Assembly: GCA_965240325.2 (NCBI GenBank)
Contig: OZ251241.1
Coordinates: 620,001-684,000 of the forward strand
Length of the DNA stretch: 64,000 bases
Direction of reading: 5' to 3'
Origin: Rebecca billardiae RCC1528
Taxonomy: Eukaryota > Protista > Haptophyta
The translations under genes were made by a program, and so were the position numbers. The first letter of the stretch is position 1; the number at the start of each line of letters is the position of its first letter. The notes beneath the pieces are model-generated. The model worked only from the letters and a program-made list of their open reading frames with translations, was not told the origin of the DNA and did no database searches. Positions 46,101-58,500 of the stretch are shown piece after piece.

Positions 46101-49099
46101 GCGCCGCCCAGCCCGGCCTCCTCCTCCTCCTCGTGCTGAAGGCTGAGCGCGAGCGCGTCGGCGGCGCCGCCGCCGATCTCCGCCGCCGCCTCCGCCGCCG
46201 CGCCGCCGCCACCGCCGCCGCCGCCAAGCGAGCCGGCCGCGCCGGCCGCGCCGCCGCCGGCCGCGCCCGCGCCCGCGTCTGCGTCCGAGCGACGCGCGCC
46301 GAGCAGGCCGGCCGCGCGCGCGGTCGAGAGCGCCGTCTCGTATTTGTCGCCCGTGATCATCCACAGGCCGACGCCTGCGCGCGAACGGCGGAGGCGCGGG
46401 CGGGGGAGGGGAGCCAGGGAGGCGTGCGGACCGTCAGCCAGGCCGCTGGCGGGGCCACTCGGCGGCGGCGCGGGCGCGCGGACGGCGCGGCGCGGCGCGA
46501 CGCGACGCACCGGCCGCGCGCAGAGCCGCCACTGCCTCGGGCACGGCCGGTGCCAGCGCGTCCTCGATGGCGGTCACGCCCACCTGCGCAGCCGGCGGCG
46601 CGGCGGCAGCGCGCGGCGGCAGAACGCGGTGGGCGCGCGGCGCGCAGGGGCAGTCAGCCCGCTCGCTCTGAGCGGCGGCGGCGACGCGCAAGTGTGCGCG
46701 CGTGCGCGCGTGTGCGCGTGTGCGTGTGTGCGCGCGTGTGCGCGTGTGCGCGCGCGCGCGTGTGCGCGCGTGCGCGCGCGCGCGTGCACCCGCCGCGCGC
46801 GCGAAATTTCGCCGTGCCCCGCACGTGGCGCGCGCGCGCGCATGCGAGGCGCGGCGTGCGCGCGCGGCGGCGCGCGCGGCCGCGTGCGCCCACCAGCGTG
46901 AGCCCGCCCTCGAGCGCTCGGCACGCGGCGGCGACGGAGGCGGCGCGCGTGCCATCCGTGCGCGCCTGCGCCTCCGCCCACCGCGCGCGCCACGCGGACA
47001 GCTCGGCCGCGCCCACGTCGCGCGAGGCGACGCACATCGTGCGCAGGCCGCGCGAGGCGAAGGCGCGCAGCGCGGCGCGCGCCGCCGCCAGCTCGGCCGC
47101 CGCGCCGCCGCCCGGACCGCCGCCGCCAACGCCGCCAACGCCCGCAGCGCGCGCGTGTGTGGGCGCGCGCGCGCACGCGGCGAGAACGACGTCGTCAGCG
47201 CCCTTCAGAATCAGCCGGGCGCCTCCGGGCGGCGGCGCGTGCGCGAAGGGCGCGCCGCCCTCGGCGCCGCCCGCGCCGCCCGCGCCGCCGCCGAGCGCCC
47301 AGCCGCCGAGCGCCGCCGCGGCCGAGCGCGCGCGCGCGGGCGCGGGCGGCGCGCCCGCGCCCTCAGCGCCGGCCACGGCCGCGCCGCCGCCGTCGCCCAC
47401 GCCGCCGTCGGCAGCGTCGGCGGCAGAGCACGGCCGGACGAGCACACCCATGCAGCGGCGCTCGGCGGTGAATGGCAGCTCGGCGAGCACGGTCCACTCC
47501 TCCAGAGCCTCGCCGCTCGGCGAGAGCGCCGGCGCGCACCCCTCCGCCCCCGCGGGCGCGCACGCCCCCGCCGCGATCCGTAACAGTCTGTAACCGCCGT
47601 CCTCGGCCGCGTCCAGGCGCACACCCGCGGCCGCGGCCGCGCCGACGAGTGCGACTTCGTCGGGCGAGGCGCCGTCGTACGCGCGCGGCGAGTCCGGCTC
47701 GGAGGCGCGTCCGGGGCCCTCGGGCTCCGCCCCGTCCTCCCCGCCGCCCACCGCCACCGTGTTGCACAGCGCCAGCCCGCGCAGCAGCTCGAGCGCGCGC
47801 GGCGCGCAGCCCGACACCACCGCCGCGCGCAGGGGCGCACCGAGCGCGCCGCCGCCGTCCGCGCCCGCGCCGGCCGCGCGCGCGCCGCTGCCGCGGCGGC
47901 CGTGGAGCTCGGGCAGCGCCGGCCGGCCGCGCGCCGGCGGCGGGGTGGACGCGCCGCCGCCTGCCGCCGACGCCGCCGCCGGCGCCGCCGCGCCGCCGCC
48001 GCCGCCCTCCGCCGCGCCCTCCGCACCGGGCTCATCCTCGCCATCGCACGCATACACGTCGCCGCGGCCGCGCGCCGCGCCCGGCGCGCCGCGCGGCGGC
48101 GGCAGCCAGCACGCGCGCAGCCGCATGCGGTTTGCCGTGAGCGTGCCGGTCTTGTCGGCGCAGACGAGGCCGATCCGGCCGAGGTCCTCGCAGATCGCGG
48201 TGGAGCGGCTCACCGCGCGCACCCCCTCCGGGCCCGGCGGGCACACCAGCGCCTCGTCCGCCGCCACCCACAACGCGTAGAGCGACTTGGCGACATCCAG
48301 CGTGACCTTGAGGCTGATCGGGACCATGAGCGAGCAGAGGAGGAGGAAGCGCGCGGGCACGATGAGCGAGGCGAGGAGCGGCGGCGGCTCGGGCGCGCCC
48401 GCGCTGCCGCCGAGCACGCCCGCGCCGCGCGGCGCCGCGGCGAGCGGCACGCCGCCGAACCACGCCGCCGCCGCGCGCCACGACAGCTCGCTCGCCTCCG
48501 CCGCCGCGCCCGGCGGCTCTGCGCCCGCGCCCGCGCCGCGGCCGATGGCGGCGGCGGCGGTGGCGCCGCGCGCGAAGAGGGGCGCGGCGCCCTCCGCGCC
48601 GTCCGGCGCGAGGTACCAGTGCGCGCGCGCCTCCGCCGCGCCCCACGCGTTCCCCCGCCCGCCGTACGCCGCGGCCACGCAGAGCTGCAGCCCAAAGATG
48701 AAAACCGTTACGCCGTCCACGAAACGGTCGAGCGCCGAGCGCTTCAGCCGGGGCGGCGCCTTGTTGCAGCCGACCTTCGTCTCGTTGCCCGTGTACACCA
48801 CCACGCCCACCGCCCACCACGCCCCCGCGCCGATCGCCGGGCCCTCCGCCGCCGCCGCCGCACCGCCGCCGCCGCCGCCGAGCGGCGGCGGCGCGCCGCC
48901 CGCGGCCGCGCGCGCACTCATCACGACGCGCGTGCCCTGCAGCACGAGGTTGTCTGCGCTCGCGGCGAGGCGCGGCGCGGCGTGGGCGCGCGCGGCCTCG
49001 AGCGCGTCGGCCGTGCCCACGCCGCTCGTGCCCACGCCCGTGCTCGCGCTGCGCACGAGCGCGGCGACGCGCCCCGCCGCGTCGGCCGCGCGTGCGCGC

Positions 49100-49144
<45 letters not shown>

Positions 49145-50095
49145 AGCGTGAGCGCCGCGTCAAAAGCGTCGAGCTGCGCGTTGGGCGCGGGCGCGTCGAC
49201 GACGCCGCGCAGCGCGGCGAGCGCCGCGCCGTCCAGCTCGCGCGTCGCGCTCAGCGGGTGCCGCGCCTTCAGGTCTGATTCCCCGTCCAGATTCGCTGTG
49301 GTGAGCCGCACGACACGCGTCGCGCCGTGCCCGACCGAGACGCCGCCCGCGCCGCCCGCGCCGCCCGCGCCGCTGCTCGGGGTGGCAGGCATCGACGCCG
49401 GGTGCGTGCCGCCCGTGGGCGCGCAGGCGAGCAGGAGCAGGTCCGCAGGCACGCTCTCGCCGTCGCGCAGCACCACGAGCTCGCCCACCCGCAGCCGCCG
49501 CGCCTCCACCGCCTCGACTGCGCCGCGCCCGCCGCGCACCAACCGGACAGCAGGGCGACGGTTGGCCGCCGCGTCGTCGCGCGCGCGCGCGCGGTCGTCG
49601 AGCGCCTCCTTGAGCGCGGAGATGGCGAAGATGAAGATGAGCGGGCCTGCGTGCGCCGCGCGCGCCGGGACGGGACGGCCGGAGGGCGCGGGGTCAGAGC
49701 GGGCGGAGGCGGGCGGCGCGCGGCGCGCTCGCGCGCGCGGCGGCGCACCCCACGTCGTCGCCGGGTGGACGGGCGTGATCGAGCGCACGAGCTGGAGGCA
49801 CGCGATGAGCAGAAAGTACCGGTTCATGTGCAGCCCAAACTGCTCGGCCAGGTTGAGCGGGATGAAAGTTAGCGGCGTGTACCTGCCGCCGCGCGTGTCG
49901 TCGCGCGCGCGCGCACGCGCACCGTCGGCGCGCGCCGCGCGCGCAGGTCCAGCGGGGCCGCGCGGCGGCGGCGGCGGCGGCGCACTTGGTGTTGGTGACG
50001 GTGTTGTCGGGGAAGCCTGCGTTGGGCGCATTCACCTCCAGCCGGCGCGTCGCCACCTCCTCGGCGGCTGCGCCGCCCCTCGTCGGCGGCGCCAT
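43101..50095 (-). CDS. P4-type ATPase (phospholipid flippase), ALA2-like, multi-exon
   Basis: NTKYTPLTF, MNRYFLLIACLQL, NLDGES, YTGNETK, VPISLKV, DKTGTLT, SPDEVALV, KGAD, GLRT, TAIED, TGDK, GDGGNDVAMIQ, GREGLQAARAADYS; many GC-rich introns; internal exon limits and 3' end not all resolved. Confidence 0.9.
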
Positions 50096-50440
50096 CTTTT
50101 CGTCCAGCGGCCAGCGCGGACTTTGGAGTTTGGGCCTCACTTCCGGACGCACAAGCCAAGCTGTCCGGAGAATCCAGTCTCGCCGTCTCGGTGCCTCGCA
50201 CGGAGTAGTCGGGTATTACTGGTAGGAGCTCGGTAAATAGGAGAGGTGAGCAACCGTAAAGTAAAATCGTAGAGAAAGGCGATTGGCCGGTGCTCCTGAT
50301 GACTACTACTCTGATGGGCAGTGGGCTCATCTCAAATCGTTCGACGACGGGTGGAAGCTCCCGCGACACCGTCCCGCCGCCCACTGCAGCCGTCCGCGTA
50401 GAACGTCGCGCTCCGAATCGCAGTAGCGCACGTCGACAAG

Positions 50441-51245
50441 ATGGGCTACAGCGCGGACCTGGACGAGACGCCGACGTCGGTAGTCATATACCGCAAGGAG
50501 GCGCGCGAAAATTGCTACCCGCCCGGCCATCACTCGCCGTCTTACGCGCGCGGCGCTCCCATCCCCGACAAGCTGTCGGCGGTGCTGCGTGGTGCGGGCA
50601 GCACGCGTGTGCTCACGCGCGCAGCAAGATGGCAGGTCGGTCGCGATTATGCCCCCCCCCCCCCCCCTCTCCCTCTCTCCCTCACACCCGCCCGCGCCCG
50701 CAGACACGTCGTTGTGGCACCTGCTGCTCGACGAGATGAACATCTCGATGGAGAAGGCGGACAGGTCGGAGACGATGCGCAGGCAGCTCGCGCTCTTCGG
50801 CGCGCTGATCGCCGTGCTGATCGGCTGGAGCGCGTTCATCTGGCTGGGCGTGGTCGAGGGCATCGTCGCCCTCACCGTGCTCAGCGTGCTCGGCTGTGGC
50901 CTGTGGGCGCTCCTTTCAATGGCGTATGCTGCGTGCTGCGTGCACCGCACGGTCTCGCGCGCGCACGCTGCCGAGGTCGCCGAGATCGCCGCCAGATTCA
51001 AGCTCGCGTTCGGCAGCACCGGGCTGGTGATCGGGGCAGGCGTGGGGACGTACACGATGGTGCTCCCCAGATGCGCGCGCGCCTCGCTGCTCACCGTCGA
51101 CGTGCCGTTCCTGCGCGTCAGCGCACCGAGCGCCGCGGGCGCAGGGGCTGATGATGCCGCGGGCGCAGAGGCTGATGGGGCGGCAGCCGTCCCGGCCGCG
51201 CCCGTGCACCCACCGCTGACCGCGCTGGCCGACGCTGCCGTCTGA
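50441..51245 (+). CDS. hypothetical two-TM membrane protein
   Basis: Exon 1 from ATG 50441; predicted intron 50592-50703 joins the 50589-51245 frame containing two hydrophobic helices. Confidence 0.6.
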
Positions 51246-51868
51246 GATGGCAGTGCTCCGCTCCAGGACCAGGGAGCGAGATGATGCTCCCCGGGCCGAT
51301 TTCACCGGCGGTACGCGCGCTGGAAGGCGCCTGGGCTGGGAACTCGACGGCTTCGTCCGGCTTACCGCTACGTCAGGCGCTTCCGAGGCTCTCTAGACAG
51401 AAGGACCGCGCCGCGCCGTGCAGCGTGCCCAGCTACTAGTGAATAACACTCTAACAGCACCTCCGTAACTATATGCAGCTTATTCCGATTAAACGACAAG
51501 TCAACGGTAACGTCGTAACGACGATGCCAGTGACGAGTTCGACGGGCTCGACGGCCTTACCGCGTCCGCCCGGGCCGGTCCCGGGTCCGCGCTGTGTGCG
51601 GTACAGCCGGGCGAGATGCGGTTGAAGCGCCCGACGATCATCGTCAATGGTGTGCGTCGCGTTCGTCGGACGGCCTGCCGCCACCGGAGGCCGCCCCGCC
51701 CGGACGAGGATCCTAGCCGTATGAATGACGGCACCGAGCCGACGACTCACGGGTGAGCCGACCAGGTTGCGCTCACCACAGACATTCCACCGAGCACGCG
51801 CCTCCGTAACGCGCGGCCACGGCCCGTGCCAGCTCGGTCCGTCTGAGCAACGGGACATGTTCAGGGGC

Positions 51869-52231
51869 TCAGGCGTAGCCCGCGTACCCGGTGAGGAGGG
51901 CCAGCGGCGAGAGGATGTAGAGACACTGCTTACTCAGCATAGCTTTGGTGCCGAAGATCTGCCATGCGCAAAAGGCGACGGAGAGGGCGTACCACCAGAA
52001 GAACACCCGCACCGCATTAAGCGTGGACACTCCGAGATGCGCCTTCATACAGTAGCCAAGAGCAGCGATGTAGCCCAACGCGAGGCCAAAGCTCTGGCGC
52101 CAGGGCGAATCGGGGCAGGCGTAGTACTTCTTGCTCGGGTTGGTGAGCCGCGGGATGTTGATCTCCACTGCGTAGAAGGTGGTGGCTGCGAGGGCAATGA
52201 TGAACGCAGCTGCCGTGTGGATCGGTCCAGT
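51869..52231 (-). CDS. small multi-TM protein (5' exon not located)
   Basis: Frame open from a TAG (likely splice acceptor) at 52232-52234: TAAAFIIALAATTFYAVEINIPRL...; about four hydrophobic segments. Confidence 0.45.
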   Translation of the reverse strand, partial: TGPIHTAAAFIIALAATTFYAVEINIPRLTNPSKKYYACPDSPWRQSFGLALGYIAALGYCMKAHLGVSTLNAVRVFFWWYALSVAFCAWQIFGTKAMLSKQCLYILSPLALLTGYAGYA

Positions 52232-52526
52232 CTATGCAGCACGCCGGAGTCATAGCGTCTTGTGTGTGTGTGGGGGGGGGGGGGGGGGGGGCACGGGGTA
52301 TGTGTGCGTCACAACAAGGTCCGCGCCACGCCGCCGGCCGCCACCTCGAGGGCAGCGAGACCGATCGGGCGGGCGGCTTTTCGTCACGCGAAATCGCGAA
52401 TTGCCGAATGATTCCCGTCGCCGAGGTTGCTCACCGGTTGTGGACGCTCCCGCGCGTGCCGGTTCGCCTGCTTCATCCCCGCCCGCGGGCAGCCCCTCGC
52501 GCCCACACGCCGACGCCCCTCCCCCC

Positions 52527-53798
52527 ATGGCGGACGACGACGACGCGTGCGCCGGCGGCGTCTGACGCGCACCGCCTCGGAGGCCGCGCGCTCCGAGGCC
52601 CCAGCCGCCGGCAGCCGGCGCGCCCTCGTCCGACCCTCTGGCCGAGCTGCGCGTGAGCCTGCTGCCGGCTGACGACGTGGACGGCTCGCCGGGGCCCGCC
52701 GCGGCGGCGGCGGGCTCGCCCGCGGGCGAGGCGGGCGTGCCGGCCGGCCCCTCGGCTTCGGACGCCGAGCAGCGCCGCTCGCTCATCCTCTCCTTCGTCA
52801 CGCTGCTGCTCAGCATCCCCGCGCTGATCGGCGCGTGATGTTGGCCCGCCCTGGTGATCGGGCTCGTCAGCGGATCGGTGTCCGCGGCCGCCCGCTCGCT
52901 GGGGCACGCGCTCAGCCTGGTGCTCACGAGCGCGCTGATGCTCGTGGTCGGCGCCATGCTGCTCCGCGCCGCGCGCACGCAGCGCGCGCACATCACGCCG
53001 TGGCGCCGGCAGTACGGCCCGCTCCTCGCGCTGTGCGCGGCCACGCCGCTCATCCTAGCCGACGTGCTACGGCACGTGGCGCAGGACAGCGGCGCGTGGC
53101 CGGGGTGCGGGAACAACGCGGTGTTCTCGCGCGCCAACTCGAGCGACCCGTTTCCCGCCAGCTGCCTCTGGTCCTCCTCGCAGTACCGCTGCTCGATCAC
53201 CTGCTGCGTGCCGAGCTGGCTGCCGACGCACAACGGCAGCGCGGGCGCTGCAGAGTTCGATTGGTTTCCACCGCAGCCCGCGGCAGGTGGGTTCTTCCCC
53301 GCGGCGGGCGCGGGCACCGAGGCGCAGTTCGCCACGCTGCGCGCGGACGGCTCGCTCTACTTCCCGCCCGCCTTCAACCGCACCGCCGCGCGCGAGCCCG
53401 TCCGCGCCTTCAGCGCGCCGCTCGCGCTGTATGGCGACGGTCTGCGCCGGTACGCTGGCGCGGCGCACGAGCCGAGCGGCGGCAGCGAGTGCCCGCACGG
53501 GCGCAACCCGGCGACGGGCATGTGCTACCTGCTCGACCCCGCGCTGCCGCACTCGGAGCAGCTCGCGCGGCTGCCCGAGCGCGACGGCGAGCGCGCGTGC
53601 GCGTGCGACATGTGCACGCACGCCGAGGACATGGGCCACCTCTCGCCCGTCGGCGTGCTCTTCACGATACTGTGCACGTACGCGGGCTTTGGGCTGCTCG
53701 CGCTCGCGGTGCTGTGGAACGCCAACCTCGCGGCGAAGCTGCGCAAGGTGGGCGCGGAGTGGCGCGCGCTGCGCGCGGAGCAGCGCGAGCGCGTGTAG
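52527..53798 (+). CDS. MSP: membrane selenoprotein (MSP-like) with two Sec codons
   Basis: One frame, 424 codons, with TGA at 52563 (CAGGV-U) and 52836 (LSIPALIGA-U-CWP); TM helices and ATPLILADVLRHVAQD motif; SECIS downstream. Confidence 0.8.
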
Positions 53799-53862
53799 GC
53801 GCGCCGGCAGCACCAGCCCGCAGCTGCGCGCGCGACGAGCGACGACCGTCGACGACGACCGC

Positions 53863-53978
53863 CCGCCGACGGCGCGTGTGAGCCAGATTTCATGAAGCCC
53901 CCGCGGGCACGCTCCCACCATGGGGCACCGCGGCGCGGCAGATCCGCAACCCTTCTGGCTGCTGCACGCCGTCGGCGG
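53863..53978 (+). promoter_or_regulatory. SECIS element (type II)
   Basis: Helix I CCGCCGACGGCG/CGCCGTCGGCGG and AGCCAGA/TCTGGCT; core ATGAA (53892-53896) / AGAT (53940-53943); ~10-bp GC helix II; apical mini-helix GCTCC/GGGGC; 65 nt after the TAG stop. Confidence 0.75.
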
Positions 53979-54130
53979 CATTCGCCGGGCACGCCATCAT
54001 CCATCACTCGCGATTATTCGTGACTAGTGTCATCCTGAACCCGTGCGCCGTTACCAGGTGCCGTCAGGCGGCATCATCATTCCGCGTACGCAACCGTGTA
54101 GCTATGCTGTCGTCTGCTCCGCGGCCGCGG

Positions 54131-55436
54131 AATAAGGACCGCGTTCTGACGCGGTCCTTTTCTGCATAGAATCAACGCAGTTGGGGGCCCGCGGTGGCCG
54201 TGCAATCGCGGCTCTCCGCCGTAGTGGCAGTTCGCCAGTTGAAGTCGGTTCTGAGATGACTGAAGCTATATTAGTCCGACCGTCGCCCTGCCTGCGCGAC
54301 CGCGAGACTCATTCACACTTATATTCACACAATGACACAGCAGCGGACCTGAGACCGCACCCGGCACCGGTCGTCAAATCGGAGTCCGTCTGACAACTAG
54401 CTGCCAAATGTCCAACTGGCTGATCAGCTCGGATCCGACCCGTCCGCGATCGTGCCATCGGCATCGGAATTACTACTAGTAGCTGCCAAACTGTGTCCAA
54501 CCCTGGCTGATCAGCTCGGATCCGACCCGTCCGCGATCGTGCCGAGTGAGTCGTGCCGCGGAGCTCGGAGTACTGAAGGAGTCGGGTGTGACAGCAGGGT
54601 GCTTTAGCGCTGCGGCCCGTGCCAGCCAACGACCAGACGTACTCTGGCCACTTGACCCGTTGCACGGGTGAGTGACCGTACGCCCTGCCTAGTGCCTACC
54701 GCGCGCGCCGCGCGACCGGCGACTCGGGGTGATGGAGAGCGGATGGCGACAGCAGCAGCAGTCCTCATGAAGACGATGAAACTGGCGGCACGGGTGCACG
54801 AGGTGGCAGGCGAAAGCGCGCCGACGAGACCGCATTTGACACACCTGAGCCGCACGCGCGTGCCGTCGCCGACCCGCGGGCGAGCGCTGCAAACGCGCAA
54901 CCGTACCGCGCGCGCCACGACGGCGCGGCACTAGCTGATGCAGGCCGTACTGCCGGCACTGCTTCTGCGATCATGCGCCACGGTCGCAGCTGACTGCGTG
55001 AGCAGCAAGCGGGAGGCGGGTCCGGAGGCACGTGCAGGCGCCGTCCCGCATATCCGCCATCGCCCATCGTGCCGGGGCACGTCACCTCCGACGATCCGGA
55101 TGTGGCCCAGTCCGGACGTCACGCGATCCGGGAAGACGAGTACGATTCGCTCGTAACGAACCGTTACACTAATGTCACGTCCAGCTGACGTCCAGATCGC
55201 ACTTTACTTAAGGGAATCAGCTGGGCGCGGTTTTTTTTGGCCTGATAGACCTCTCAATGCGATCTCAAAAACTCGAAACTCGGTCTCCGCCAGCCCCAAA
55301 AATCGCCCCCCGTCCCTTTTTTTCCGCCGCCCCCCGTCCCTTTTTTCTTGCTGATCAAAGATCTTTTTGAAACGTGGTTCGGGCCCGCTGGTGCGGGCTC
55401 CACGCTGCGCGCTCCGCCCTGCACCGCGGGCCATCA
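54131..55436 (-). mobile_element. HINE-like element family H1 copy 2
   Basis: subTIR GGCCCGCGGTG (54186-54196 / 55422-55432); perfect 11-bp hairpin AAGGACCGCGT-TCTG-ACGCGGTCCTT (54134-54159); both ends homologous to 2018-6170; internal direct repeat ~54400-54456 / 54481-54543. Confidence 0.65.
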
Positions 55437-55519
55437 TCAAACATAAGACAGCAGAAGCGATAATTAATCTTCGACAAAGCGCCGGGCCGGTGTTGTTCGC
55501 CGTTTGGCGCTGACGGGCG

Positions 55520-58500
55520 ATGGCGGCCCTGCGCGGCCGCCGCGCCTATGTGGTGGTGACACTCCTGCTGGCGCTCACGCTGTTGGCGTGGGTGCTGCGC
55601 GCGCCCGTGCACGCGCCCGTGCTCATTGCACCGCCGCGACGCGCCTCGCCCGACGACGACGCCACGCTCGCGCGTCGGGCGGAGTGCGCCGCGCGGCGCG
55701 AGCTGGCCGCTGCGATTCGTGCATGCTCGAGCGGCGCGATTGTTGTGAGCGGCGCGTGCGGGGTCGGCGACGTCGGGGCGGCCGATGGCGACGGTTCGCG
55801 GCCCATGGACGCGCTCGCGCTCGCCACGCTACTCCGGTACGCGCGCGCCGCGTTCGGCTGCGCCTCGCCGCCCGGCGCGCGCGCGCACGCCGCGCGTCGC
55901 TCGCTCGTGATTCAAGTCGCCCACGGCCTGTCCAACCGGCTGCGCGCGTACGCGTCGGCGCGCGCGCTCGCCGACGCGACGGGCCGGCTGCTGCTCGTGG
56001 TGTGGCCGCTCGACGAGCACTGCAACGCCTCCTTCTCCGAGCTCTTCGAAGCCCCGCGCCGGGCCACGGTGCGGCTGGTGCCAGCCGGCAGCGGCGCGCA
56101 CGCGGCCGACGGCGCGCGCGGTGTGGCCGCTGCGGACGGCGCGGACACGGACGAGCTCGTGCTCGACGCGATCGAGCCGGGCGCGTTCCGCGCGCCGGGG
56201 TTCGCCGTGTACAACTACATGGAGGTCGCCGGCGGCCCCGCCACCGCGCGCAAGTACGCGCTGATCCGCGACCGCACCGACGGCTGGGCGGGGCACATGC
56301 ACGTGTACGTGCGCAGCGCGTACCTGCTAGTGAGTGAGAGTGCGGACGACCGCGAGGCCGGCGCGCGCGCGCGGCTGGCGGGCGCGCTCGCGCGGCTGCG
56401 GCCCGTGGCGCCAGTCTCGCGCATGCTCGACGGCCTCCGCGCGCGCCTCCGCGCCGCGCCCAACGCCAGCTGCATCTCGGCACACATCCGCATGGTCGCG
56501 GACCAGGAGGCGGACGTGCCCGGCGTGCGCGCCGACGCGGACGCGGAGCGCGGGCTCGGTGCGATGCTGGACGCGGTGGAGCACAGGCGGCGGTGCCGGT
56601 GGGAGTCGTTCGTGCCCGCGATGGCGCGCGCGTGCGCCGGCGCCGGCGCCGCGCGCGCGTGCACCTTCGTCCTCGCCGCGGACGACGCGGAGGGCGCGCG
56701 CGCGCTCGCAGACTCGCTCGCGCGCGGCAGCGGCGGCGCCGCGCTGCAGCGGAGCCCGCTGCTGAGCGTGCAGCCTCAGGGCGTGGCGCCGCGCGAGTGC
56801 GCCGCGGGCTCGCCCGCGCGGCGCGGCGCGGCGTGCCTCCGCGTCGCGCTCGCCGAGCAGCTCGCCCTCGCGCAGTGCGGCCTGCTCCTCGCCTCTGACT
56901 GGTCCTCCTTCTCAGAGGTCGTGCCGCTGTGGGCAGCAGGGCGGACGGTCGACGTGGCGAGTGGCTGCGCGCCCGCCGCTGCGCCCGCGGCCGGCGCGCG
57001 CGCGGCCGGCGCGCGCGCGGCCGGCGCGGGAGGGAAGGGCGGTCGCCACGCGGGCTCGAGGGGGGCACGGGCCGGGCGGAAAGGGCCGAGAGCCGCGCGC
57101 GCGAACGTGACGGTGCCGGGCGCGCTGCTGGGGAGCGAGCGTGCAGCTGCGGAGCTGGCGGCCGCTCGCGCGCGCCGTGACGCGCTGGCCGAGGCGCTCG
57201 GCTCGCAGGGGCAGGCGCGGCCGCAGTGCACGCCCGTCTCGCTGGTGGCGGCGTGCAAGGGGCGGCACGAGGCGCTGGCGCGCACGCTGCCGTCCTGGAT
57301 GCGCGTGCGCTGCGCGCGCGAGGTGGTGCTCGTGGACTGGGGCTCCGAGCCGCCGCTGCGCGACACAGCGGCGCGCGCCATCGCCGCCGTCGGCCGATCG
57401 GACGGCGCGCGCGCGTGTGTACTGCTCGTGCGCGCGCCGCGCGAGGCGCGCTGGGCGCTCTCGCGCGCGTACAACCTGGGGCTCAGGCTGGCGCGCGCGC
57501 CGGTGGTCGCGAAAGTGGACTGCGACACCCTCGCCACGCCGGCCCTCGTCGACGCCCACCTCGCCGCGCTGCTCGGCCCCGAGCGGCGCGGAGGCCGATC
57601 CTTCCTCGCCGGAGACTGGCGACTCTCCGCCGACGAGAACGAAGCCCACCTGAACGGCGTGTTCGTCGCGCCCGCCTCGGCCGTGCGCGCGGTGGGCGGG
57701 TACGACGAGCGGCTCGACGCGTACGGGTGGGACGACTCGGACCTGTACGAGCGCCTCGAGACCGCCGCGGCCGTGCGCAGGCTGCCGCTGCTCGAGGGCG
57801 TGGCACGCCACTTGCCCCACTCCGACGTCGCTCGGGTCGAGAACCAGCTGCTGCCGCGCGCTGCGCCGAGCGCGGAGCACCGAGGCGGCGCGCGCAGGGG
57901 GCAGGGGCGCGTGCCGGCGGAGCCGCGGGCCGAGCAGCCCGCCGGCGACGGCGCCGCCCGCGCGCCGCCCGCGCTGAGCACCGACGCCGCGCAGGCGTGG
58001 ACGCGCGTCTCGATCCAGGCCAACCGCGCGCTTCTCGCCGAGGTCGACAGTTGGCACGACTTCTGCGCTAGCGCCGCGCCACTGCGCGCCCGGCCAGAGG
58101 CGGAGGTGGCGGCGGCGGAGGGGCAGGAGCGCGCGCTGGTGGGCGGCGCGGAGCGCTGCCCGTGGCGCGCGGACGCCCCGACCGAGCCCGCGCGCGCGTG
58201 CGGCACCGAGTACGCTGCGAGCGGTTGGAGAGCGGTCGCACCCGCCGACGGCGCGGCCGGCCCGGCGCGCGCCGATGGCGCGGCACTGCCTCCGCCTCCG
58301 CTCTTCTTCGAGCTCGAGGTTGTGGCGACCAACACGACGCCCACGCTCACGCAGCTGCTGGGCGCGGAGCACGTGCACCGCGTGCGCACGCGCATCGCGA
58401 GTGAGCGGGAGCGCCTGCTCGAGCGGCTGCAGCGGCGCGCGGGCGGCGCCCAGCCTCGGCATCAGCGCCCGCGGCTGGCCGAGCTCGAGCAGCGGGCACG

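Noticed and set aside
44738-50236. Long plus-strand ORFs (951 aa, 649 aa, 458 aa) and similar R/A/P/G-rich ORFs across the window
   Set aside because: Antisense or alternate-frame shadows of real GC-rich genes; no motifs.
51392-51410. TCTAGACAGAAGGACCGCG resembling the H1 3' end
   Set aside because: Second hairpin arm and subTIR are missing; too short to call.
54134-54163. Hairpin plus T-run as a rho-independent terminator
   Set aside because: Eukaryotic context; better explained as the 3' stem-loop of the H1 element.
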